DNA of 64,000 bases from Aplysia californica. Taxonomy: Eukaryota. The notes below the pieces were generated by a model. It saw nothing but the letters and a program-made list of their open reading frames with translations. It was not told the origin of the DNA and did not search any database. The DNA is taken from positions 795,762 through 859,761 of the forward strand of contig NW_004797524.1 of NCBI RefSeq assembly GCF_000002075.1, in the 5' to 3' direction. Positions within the stretch are counted from its first letter, which is position 1, and each line of letters starts with the position of its first letter. The position numbers were made by a program, and so were the translations under genes. Positions 13,301-25,300 of the stretch are shown piece after piece.

Positions 13301-16300
13301 CATTGGTGAGAAAAGAATATTGACTTCATTGTGCCTTTATGACTGATCTTGAAATTCTTTTCTTTGTGAGTATATTGTTAGTTATTTAGCTGTTTTACTT
13401 AACCGTATGAATACACAGCTTTTTTTTAAAGATAAAGTGGTGCCATTTTGACTGTTTTAATTTATGTTTGCTAACAAAGAGTGCTTCTTGTGTAGAATGT
13501 GCTGTTGTTTTCATGGTATCTTGACTAGTCTCCTGTTTAGTGCTATTTTGTTATGTATACTAATTGACCTTGCATTCAACCACATTACTTTGTGTTTATG
13601 GTTGAATTATAAAATAACTGAACTCACATTCTTTGATAACGACTAATATTCTTTGACTGAGTCTTACATTCTTTGATTAGAGATAGAGAAATTAATTTTT
13701 AATTTGCCTACTTTAATTAAAAATGTGTAAAGATTCTTACAGTTTTTAAATACAAACATATTGTTGTGAGCAATTTACCAAATGGCACATCACAGCCTCT
13801 ATATAATATTTGATTTCTCTTTCATTTTCATATTCTTTTTCTTCAAATTTAAAACAAAACAAAAAATTGTTTCCCTTTTTCCTTTACCTCTCACTAATCC
13901 CTACTGTCCTAATTACTCACACTGTAGGTAAATAAAGACATCTTATCTCGACTCACTGCAGTGTGCAGTCAAACCTGTCCAGGAAGAGAACCCATTGTCA
14001 AGAAGAAAAGTGATCACCTTAGACAAGTCATTCTCTTTAGAAGTGTCATTATAATATTTTTGAAAACTCAAGTTGGATATGGAAAGTGGTCATTTGTACA
14101 GGTGATTGTATCTTGGACAGGTGATCGTTAGTGCAGGTTCGAATGTTTTAGTTGTCTTCTCTGTAGTTCTTTCTCTCGTTCATCATTATGTAACCTTAAT
14201 AGGTCCTCAGCCGATCTTGTGTTTCAGATTTTGTAGTTTGAATGAATTTTTTTGCAACCAATGGGTTTATTTTGAGCACAAGGAAACAGCAGAAAAGAAG
14301 AGGAATTAACAAAAAATATCTTTTCAACTGTTTTAAAACTACTTCAAAAGTACAAACCTGCTATAATGATCACCTGTCAAAGACAATCATCTGTACAAAC
14401 AACCACTATCCGCTCTCCCCTTTGAATTTTTACAACATTATAATTATAATGACACAGTCTATGAGGAACACCTGTCTAAGACAACCACTTTTCTCCTCGA
14501 CAGTGGGAGCTCTACTCAGATAGTTATGACCATTTGTGAGGCATCGTGGTGAAATCAGGTGCTCGTCAAAATAATGAAATCCGAGAAATCTGCATTTTTC
14601 TGCCAGTTTGGAAATATTTTTTTAATTCTTGTTTTTTTGCCTCAACACCTTTTATGTCCATTCAAAAACACTTTTATGTGTGGAATTTATGAAAAAATGC
14701 TGATTAAAGGAAGAAAGGTGGAAATTTGCAGTTTCCTAGGACTCTTAAGCTATGGAAGTCCCCAAACTTTGGCGGCCATTTTCTTGCTAATTTTACTTCT
14801 GAAACCAGGCGGCCCCACCTCCTTCAATTGCAAATATCTCCACTTCTATTAAGGATAAATGGATATTTTTTCATCAAAAGAAGACACCAATAACTCCATA
14901 TGCCCAAAAATAGACGAGCACCTGATTCCACTGCGTCGTGACACATTTATTTCTGTCATTTGTTTCTTTGTTTGTCAATTTTAACGTGAAAGTGTTGGCA
15001 ATATACAGCGTAAATTTTTTTTACACTTTGACCTTACAAGAGGTGGTCGATTTGCACTCGGTGTGATGTGATCCTTATTCTTTATATATGTTTCTTTTGT
15101 CGTTGTGTATTTTTGGGCCAAGTCTGTTCATGATCATACTCTCTTGGCTTGTATACTACGACTCAACTCTAGTCAGTTGGATTTCTTTATATCTTATCGT
15201 CACATACTAGTGGAAATGCCTTGTATTTCTCTCCGACTGCCACCAATTAGAGCTCTATGATGAACATTAAGGCTATCATTTATTGTTTTTGACCCAGCAG
15301 CTCTCTGGCTTTTGTCCTTCTGCCTAGTGCCTTGTGGTGGTATCTTCCGATGCATCACAATTTATGACTGGTTTCATGGAATACAACAGATTGCATTTAT
15401 ATCTATAGCGCTCTGTCCCATACAAATATAAGCTCTGAACGCTTTACATCGTTGACATGTTTACTGAAAGTAAAACCTCATGCACACACAAGAAAGAACA
15501 TTTCATATAAATAAGTAAACCAGTTCCACCACAAAAGGAAGTACTTTCTCAGCCATACATTAATTATACACATATAAGGACAGCAGTGAAACAAGACACA
15601 TCAGCACCTGCTAACGCACTCCAACTAAAAATTAAACAAATAAAGTATTGTTTGTGTTTTACTGCATGGGGGAGAAATTGACTGCATAGATCTCTTTTTG
15701 AAGGACAAGAAGTTTTATCGAACAGCGTTTGACAGCTACCTCCAAGTATTCTGCTGAGATTAAATACACATTAAGCATGAGATGTTGGGCCATCAGGCTG
15801 AAAATGGTAGACCGATCCTCCCGAGAGAGATAGGTGAAATGGTCTTTTACTTTTACTTTATAGCTGATATTAGTTGAAATAATTTTCTCATCATAGTGTC
15901 AAAGGTCTGTCTATTAGGCCAGTCCTGCTTGTTATTGGATCTGATAATCTATCTCGTAGGATTGATTTTGATCTAGTGTATCTGTACGGGTGTACAATGT
16001 TGTTCCTTTTTTGCTACCCTGTCTACTTCACTGTTTTCTGAAATGTTTGAGTGGCCTCTGGTCTGCCATAGGGTGGTATCGACTCCAGAGACTTTCATTC
16101 ATAAATGCATATGTATCTAACAGGATATGTGTCAGTTCTGGGAGGGTGGTTGTGGGGTGCCACTTTTGGGTCATACTTCTTTTCTTTCCCTTTACATCTG
16201 TCTGTCTTGTTATTTGCCTGCACTGAATGGCTATTATCATTTCAGTGTACTTTTCTTTACTCAGAATCAGACCTGGAGACTCAGACAGAATTCTGGTGTG

Positions 16301-19300
16301 TTGGATAATTTGTTTCCATGTCCTTGTAGCATGAAAAGAAAGTCTGCTAAGAGGAAACCACAGCTTGTTAGAATCGGGGTTAAAACATCTGGAAATCTGT
16401 CTTTAATCAATAGAATATTGTTTCTATTGCATGAATGGCCATACAAAGCTGCAGAAAGCTGCGTGACTTGAATGCGAATAGATGAATGTGACACTTTTAT
16501 TGACAATTATACACTTTTACGAATAACGTTTCGATGATTACACCCTTTTTCAAAATACCTACAAAACAATAAGTGGTGAGTTTAAAATGAGCAATTATGA
16601 ATAGAAGCTTCACTCTCATTTAATTGCATTGTTTCTATAGCAGCAGTTGCTGGGAAGTTCTCCAGTGACTTTGCAAAGATGAATTAAAGTTAAAGATCTG
16701 TTCATGCTGTAAATGATTGTCCAATGTCCAACTTTTTATGTACTTTTTTAGGCTAAGCCACCTGTGTTTCCATATATGGGTTCATCATTCTTTGGGTCTG
16801 AGTCCATTGTCCTCAAGGATGTTCTCACATTGATGACTGGAGAATCTTTCTTTGTGGTGTTGTCTTTCAAAAATATTAGTTGAATTTCAGAGATATAAAT
16901 ATTCATTTGTTCTATTCTTTTTACTGAAGAATTTTTGTGGTTTTGTTTTTCAAAGATGTTTGTGTTTGAGGGATTTCCAGATCTATGTGAGGTCACATGT
17001 CTTTCATGATAATATTTGTATCTTGCCTTTGTTCAAGAAGCAAGTGTTTTTTGTCTTGACCCTAGGAAATACCAGAGTACTGACTGCTGCTGGAGTTGAT
17101 ATGACAATAAAGAAAGCTTAAATCTTTATCATCCAGACTCTTGCTAACTGGTTTGATATTTCAATTGCCAACTCTTTTTCCATCTTACCCTAAAAGTTTA
17201 CGCGGCTATCAGGCAACTGGTATATGTAGTACTGACCCCTCTAAATGGCTTCTGTATGATTCATATTTAATAAAAGATCCAGTAAAAAATTACTTGAATA
17301 GGAGGTGTATGGACTCATATAGTTTATTTTCCAAAAGCTATTTTCTAGAATGATGCTGGTAGACAAGCTTTTTCCTTGGGTTGCATTGTTCACTATCCCT
17401 ATTTCTTCTTTCTTCACTGCCTCACATTTTGACAAAAGTTAGACATGATGATAACCGCTACTATCTCACCGACAGCTCAGCCAACTTGGGGCAGGAATCC
17501 AAAGTTACCTGGAACAGTGGCCACCTGTGGTTCTGGGTTTTCTGACCCGCACCCTGCAATGTATGGGGCCTGAGATACAGCAGCTCATCTATGCAGTAAG
17601 CAACTTTTTTCGGGCATAATTTTACTTTATATGATCATTGTCGTATCATTCCAACATATCAATAGAATAAATTTATTGCTTGGATGTGTAACAAACCATG
17701 ATTGGTTGTATGTGTGTAATGTAACCTACTAATGAATTTTCTGAAAGTTCCTGAAGTTTGGAAACTATAAAATGGAGTGTACAGAAATTTGTTTCTTTTT
17801 CTTGTCAGTCATTTTCCTGTTTCAGACCATTTTCTGTATTTTCCACTTGCAAATATAAGTCGCAAACCCTTGCTTTCTATTGCTAAATGTCCACAATTAA
17901 ACATAAAGGTGTGGGCGGTTGATGGGTGCTCTTTTACAGTTTACTCTTTCTTTCTAATTGAATTTCTACAGACCTTATCTCTTCTTCATTTCTTTGTATG
18001 TTACTCTCCAGTAGTAACACTTCTTTTGTTTTAGTAGAGGTTTTACGGCGCTCGCAACTGCAGATGGTCATATGAGCGCCAGAAGATCAGAGGTGTTACA
18101 AGAGAGTAACAAACATAAAAAAAGAAGGAGGGGAGATAAGAACGACAGATGTTTGATAGGAAAGAAGAAGCAAACCACACCAGAGCACCCGCCAACCACC
18201 CACGTAACACCTCTAATCTTAGGCCTTTGTACATGTATTACCTTTTTGTATTGCAAGTATGGTAAAACTAAGCTATGTAAAAAGGCACATTGTTGGTTGA
18301 GCACTGATGTGAGAGTAGACTTAATTTTTACCATTTGTGAGTCAGTGATGGGAAGATTGTTAAGTTCAGGAGAACTGTTAATGTCTTGCAAAGTAAATAA
18401 TATCACTATTTTTCATTTTGCTAACAGTCCTGGAAACCACAGAAACCTTGTAATATCTCTTTGAATTCACACCTTAAGATAGTTCATAATATATGTTACT
18501 GACTGTTACAATTTCTAGATGTGTTTTTAATAATGATACAATGTAATTCTGTTTCTACTGCATCTACCGTGTGAAGAAGAGAAAAAGGAGATGATTTACT
18601 AGTCTTTTGTGTTTGTTCTCAAGCTCAAATACTTCTTAAATCTAGACATGTAGACCAAACTAAAAACCCTCTGCCTAACCCCAAACCCTCTACCTTACAC
18701 ACTCTACTTGTGTTTCATTCAACAGGCTTTGCTGAACGCCAATCTTCAGGTTTCTGGAGCGTCAGCACAGTTAGAACAAGACATCAAAAAGTGAGATGGG
18801 ACTTAAAGGCGCTACTGGCAGCATTATCTTCTTTCTCTACCCTATTGTTCCGATTAAGTACCTACTTCTTTCGTTTTACATTCTTGAAATACAGTCGAAC
18901 CTGCCCTGACGGCCACCTCTATAAGACGGCCACCTGTACAAACGGCCACGTTCCATTTCCCTCCTTGCGTTTTTTCTATATAATTTTACTGTGTAAAACG
19001 TCACCAGTCCAACGCGGCCGCGGCCACCATATTTTACCACACAACCCCTATCACACTAGAGAATAACACCAGTCTTAGACGGCCACCTTAGTGACTCCAT
19101 TAGGTTTTGTCATAAATTGTGCATTGGCCCTGGCGTTGTGGGCGAGCCGTCATAATCCAATCACCTATTTGTTGTTAGGTAGTCCCTCCAACCGATCATG
19201 TTGCGTAGGCCCCTCCCACTGTTGACCAATAGGTAACAAATTTTCAGCTGCTGGTGGGGTAAGCGTGTGATCCTTCATAACCATAAGCCCTGCAATGAAC

Positions 19301-22300
19301 TCATACACAAATCGAAAGTGAGATGAGTGGTCACTGTTTACCCAGTCTGTAACAAAATAACAATGGACGTCAACATGAACTTGTGACAGAAGCGTCGCTC
19401 GTTCTCAGAGTGGTGGCGACCCATGTGTTTGTTTTACCATAGCACTACCTCCTTCTTGTCTGACATATTATTTTTATTGTCACCCTTGCACAAAAGCAGC
19501 TGCAAAAGAAAAAAAAGAGAAAAAAAAAAAAAAACCCATTGGAAACAATTACAGTAACAGCAACAATAACAACAACAATAACAACAACAACAAGAACGAT
19601 GCAGCTACCTTCGGTTGGGACCTCAGAAAGGAATGATTTGTTTTCTTCATTTTGATCAGTCCTGCCTAAGACAGCCACCTGTCTTATAAGGCCACTTTTC
19701 TCCTTGACAATGGGTGGCCGTCTTACACAGGTTTGACTGTATATTATCTATGATTTCATACTCACTTCAGTAGTATTTTCTTAATTCTTAAAGTTTTTGC
19801 TGTCATAGGTATGGAAACAATGCTTTTCTACAAGTTTGACAACAGTACATGTGTTTTTCTATCTTATTTTGTATCAAACCTTTGCAATGAATGATTTATC
19901 CAACAAAACTTTGAAAACAACTGCTGTCTATATTTAGGTCAAACTTATCAATTAATGATATATTCATAGAAGTACCAGCTATCTGTATTTAGATGCTGTT
20001 TTTGCCTCCTCCTCTGTCTTGTGATTAATTTTTTCTTTTCTTTTATTAATCTTGTTTATCGACGGTATAATACTCTGACTTTGTAACTGGTAGAAATAGG
20101 TTAACTTGGGGGGGGGGTTCTTAAACAGTTGCAGAGATCGATCTGCAGGTTCCCAACAAAAATTACCTCAAGACAAGGGTAGACATCCATCATAGCGTAT
20201 TTAGTTTCAAATGAAACTTTGTAGAAATTAATTTCGATGCATGGAACATTTTTCTTCTTATTGAAATTTTTCAAGAAACCAGTTACATGGTTAAAGCATA
20301 ACACCATTGATATGTGATTGTTGAATTGCCTCTTGGCCTTGGTAGTCTAGTTTTAAGGCTCTGGACTCAAAATTGTGAGATTACAGTTTTGGGGTTTGAG
20401 GCTCAGGCCTGACGTTGTGTCATTGGGAAAGTCATTTTATTTTACATGAATGTTCCTCTTCACCCAGGTGTGAATGGGTACCCAGCTGTAGACAGGGAAA
20501 GATCTTGTCAGTATGTTGGTGTTTTAGCATCTGTAAAACGGCAACTTGCACTGTATGTTTCCCCAGAAGTTGAGATTGTTTCAGAATGCTATCAGGTCTG
20601 CTGGGGTGGAAATGTAATATAACTTGTAAAACGCATAGAGCTTGCTGTTGAAAGAATTTACACTTTACAAATCGTTGCTGTTGCAAGCAATCCTCTTAAG
20701 TCCAAATTTTGAAAATGTTTTTATTGTTACACCCTCCCAAAGCTCTACCAAAGATGCACCTTTCACATCACCAAAATGCAGTTTAATGTTATGGTCAAGG
20801 TTTTAATTTTCTTGCTTTTTCATGATTCCTGATAGGCACAACACAAAAATGAGGTTTTTTGTCTCTGGTGTAAAAAGTACCTATATGGACTTACGTGCAA
20901 TTCTTGCAACACAAACGAAATGTTATTTCTTTATTATTATTATTCCTCAGGTTCTTCCAGTGTTGTAGCTTGTCTGGGTTGTTGGAGAAGCCTCAGTCAG
21001 ACAACACGTCCAGCTTGACCAGTTTGGACAACTGTGACCAGTGGCAGCTACAGCCTGTGGTTGTCTCGGTGACGGTGAAGGATGGCACGGCTAGTTTTGA
21101 GAAGACGTGTAAGTTAACAAATGTTGAAATGGTGTAGAACAGGGGTGTCAAACTTGATCATTCAGGGGGGCCAAAGCTCAGATTACAGTTAAGGTTGCGG
21201 GCCGAACTAGATAAACACTCATTGAGCTGTAGAAAACTAATCCTTTTTTAAACTAAACAATGATATGAGACAAAAGTTAAGATGATAACAAATAAAGGCA
21301 TATCAATTTTTGCTCATATGCCAATTTGTCAGAGCTGAATGCTTAACATCTTTTCTTAGCTACATGTCTGTGTTTTATGTTCAGAATAATGTGCTGTGTT
21401 ATACGGAGTGCACACTGTTAGTGGAATTCATTTGATTGAGTAAGGGCGAGCCAGATTTTCCTTCATGGATGGGGCAGAAGCTACCATTTTGGCACAATTC
21501 AATCAAATTCAATTGTGACCCTCAGAATCGAAGCTTTTCCTGTTTTTTTCGAAAGTGGTCTTAAATCACTCTTCTTTGCACTTCTATCTTTCGCTGTCTG
21601 CTCCCAAGTTTCAGATGGTCTTTGATATTAAAATTTAAACTAAATCATGTATCTTTGTTCACAGACAGTTGTCAGTTTTGCAAGAATGTCACAGACAAGT
21701 TGATGGCACAGGATCAGTCAAATGTGACTAACATCAGAGATTTCTTGGAGTCCATTAAACTTGCTGTAAGCTATGTGTGTGAAAATATATATAATATATA
21801 TATATCTACTCGTTTGTACAGGTGGCCGTCTTGGTGGGTTTGACTGTGTTTTCTCTCCTTATACAGTCTTATATGCACATAGTAAAATCGGTGGCACGCC
21901 GAAATCTTTTCATCATGTTCGAATTTGACTATGTACATGTTTTAAACTCAAAGAATGTAGGGCCTAATGAATAAGAAAAAATTTGGGAACTTGAAATATG
22001 TTCACTACATATCGCGGGCAGTATTGCATACAAACGTATCTGAAAGGCCGCCAAAAAGGACTTAAGTCTGTATGCAATACTGCCTGCGAGATGTGTTCGC
22101 TATGTGCTTGCTAGACTGTATCGTTAAAGAAAGTGAAACTAATGACTGAATGTATCAACAAGTGTTTTGTCATCTTTTATAAGCATGCGGAAAGCTGGGT
22201 ACACATTTTAAAAAAATTATGACAAAGCTCAATAATCATTTTAAAATGAGTTTAAAAACATATTTTGATTGTCCATATGATGCACTTGCAAAGTTTTAAT

Positions 22301-25300
22301 TTGCAGGACATGACAGATATAGTGTGAAACAAACTGGGAAAATGACAGATTTTTTAATATGATAAGCTAAAGCATGTATGGAGAAATTGTCACTTCTTGT
22401 TTGGCCTGCATCATTGTTGTTGGTCTTGACCTGCTGTGGTCAATCTTCCAGACAAGAAAAATTTGTTGTGTTGTCATCAGATCAGTAGCAAGAAAAAAAA
22501 TTCAATTAAACATGGTAAGGAACTAGCAATGCCAATCGCGCTTTTCCGCCAGGAGAAAATTTGGTCCCCGTTTGCGGGTGAATTTTTGGACCGGGTCGTA
22601 GCGTAGCTGACTAACTTTCTCAACCTCGGTCTGCTCTATGTCTGAACCAATGTGAATGAAACTCAGCAACCAATCAGAAAATAGGGCGAACTAATGATAT
22701 GTGGACGTTGAAGTTCGTACACATAAATTAACCTATAGTTTTGGTGTCGGGAACATTTTAGTATCAGGTGTACCGAAAACTATAAGGAGTTTGCATTTCA
22801 ACGCCGAGATGGTAATAGATCTATCCTCTATAGTGTGCTCAAATTTGAACGTTCTGTGTCGAGTAGTTGTTTTGACCCGATCATAAATGTACGGCTATCC
22901 CCCTATCCAAAGCGGCTTGGCACCGAGACCGGCCATTTTCCCCTCACTCTCGCGGCAAATGTATGTGACCTACAAATCCCTGCATGACTATTCTGAGTCC
23001 GTTCATTGGTCACTTGAAATAGGGCAATGGCAGGCGCGCGCATGCGGTTGTTTTTCTCTCTGCTCCCCTGTAACATCGCAATGGGGGTATTCCGAGGCGA
23101 GGTTATCTCATCTCGGGGCGTTCGGGTCTCAACAGGGAAAAAGAATTTTTTATTGTACGGCATGCTAGATTGAATTAACTTATCTTTTACAGTTGGCAAG
23201 GTCTAAAGTCATCATAAAAAGCTTTGCAATTATTTAGTCACGTTGCCGACATATATTCTTTAAGATCACATGTTGTGATATGATGCTATAAATAAAATGG
23301 ACTCATCCCGACACCCCTTTTTCGCAAAATCGTAATATGTATACCCAAATTTTAATTATAACAAAATAACTACGAAATGGTTAGTAAATATGACGGCAGA
23401 AATTATTTCTCCACCCAAAAACACATCGGGTAGCCAAGTTTCTCTCTAACACTCTGATTGATTACCAAGATATCGTCCATTTTCTTACAGAATCTGTCCA
23501 CTTTTTAGGAGTATTTTTTCCACAATGTAGGTCATCCATATTTTGCCGAACTTTACAACCAAAAATTAAATTTTCATTGGCATTGTTAAAGGAACTCTAT
23601 CCTGAGTGCATTGATTTGGCTGAGGTGTAGAGATTTTCAGTTTAGTGTATTTCTTTTCTCACTGATATAGTTCGCCCACAACCTGAACAAGTTGAAAAGA
23701 TTCTTGGGACAAGCAGAAGTGGACTTTTATGTTCTATACANNNNNNNNNNNNNNNNNNNNNNNNNNNNNNNNNNNNNNNNNNNNNNNNNNNNNNNNNNNN
23801 NNNNNNNNNNNNNNNNNNNNNNNNNNNNNNNNNNNNNNNNNNNNNNNNNNNNNNNNNNNNNNNNNNNNNNNNNNNNNNNNNNNNNNNNNNNNNNNNNNNN
23901 NNNNNNNNNNNNNNNNNNNNNNNNNNNNNNNNNNNNNNNNNNNNNNNNNNNNNNNNNNNNNNNNNNNNNNNNNNNNNNNNNNNNNNNNNNNNNNNNNNNN
24001 NNNNNNNNNNNNNNNNNNNNNNNNNNNNNNNNNNNNNNNNNNNNNNNNNNNNNNNNNNNNNNNNNNNNNNNNNTCCTTTGTCTCTGTCTCTGTCTCACCC
24101 TTTATCTCTCTTTCTGTCTTTCTCCCTCTGTCTCTATCTCTTATCTCTCTCTCTCTCTCATCTCTCTCACTTCCTCCCTTCCTCTCTCTTTCTCTCTTTC
24201 CTTCCCTTTGTGTGTCTTTTTCTCTGTCTCTCCACCTTCTTCCTCCTGGTTCATATGATGGAGATACCGTCACCTGGACAAACAATGATCTCATGAAAGT
24301 CGTCTAAGTTTCCATGACATTGAGCTCTTGGTGGAGCTCTGGCCTAGCGCACTGCTTTCCTGGGGCCAGCGTGAAAGAGGCAGTGCTCTAATTAATAATA
24401 AATTAATAGATGATTTCATTCGTCTTCGTGCTTCAGGCACCTTGCAGACTTATTGATCTTTACTTTTTCTTTACCCCTCTGGGCATTTATTCTGCTGTGT
24501 CCAGTCTGTAGTGTGATTATGATTTACTGACCTGGCCTGGTCTAGTTCACTAAGCCTGTGGTTGCTGGAAGATGGGTCATGAATATGGTGCTGCAGCTTC
24601 CATAAAAATTTCTGTCTGAACAGAGCAGTAAAAAAATCCCAACTCTCCCATTCAATGTAATCATAATGATAAGAAATTGCATTTACACAGTGCATATCCC
24701 CCCTCAACAATAAGTTCTTAGCGCTTTGCTATCTATATTATTCACCACTGTAAATATTCTTTCTGAAAATCTGAGTGTTTTATCTATTACAGCTATGAAA
24801 AGAAAACATGATGTGTGGAAATGAATGTTCTCTGAAAAACTGCATAATTTATTTGTCACATTTTTTAAAGAACATGATATATAGAAGAAACTTTCATTGT
24901 AAAAAAACGTCTATTTTGTCTGTCAAAGCCGTCTGTGGGGGACAGGGTACAAAAAGAAATATTTTCTGTGAATAATCTTGTATTTTAATCAGTCACCAGT
25001 GTGTTTTGTTGACCGGATACTACAACAATATGTGAGGCATCATGGTGAAATCAGGCGCTCGTCAGAATAACGAAATCGGAGAAACAGGCATTTTTCAGCC
25101 AATTGGCCAATTTTTTATAGAATTTGTGTTTTTTAGCTCAACCCCTTTTATGTTCATATAAAAATATATTTCCTTGTGAATTTTACTGAAAAACTTTCAT
25201 CACAGAAACCAGGCAACTTCACCTCCTTCAATCGGAAATATCTTGACTTCTAATCAAGTTAAATGGGTATTATTTTCATTGAAAACAAGGCAAATGAATA

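Noticed and set aside
16752-16883. Open frame after tttttag (AKPPVFPYMG...)
   Set aside because: No convincing donor, ends in a stop, and no homology.
21140-21215. hAT-like left end CAGGGGTGTCAAAC
   Set aside because: No matching right end or TSD was found, so it is left as an unannotated fragment.
23692-24307. Long ORFs spanning 23.7-24.3 kb and 50.8-51.4 kb
   Set aside because: Artefacts of N gaps and microsatellites; only the exon portions are real.
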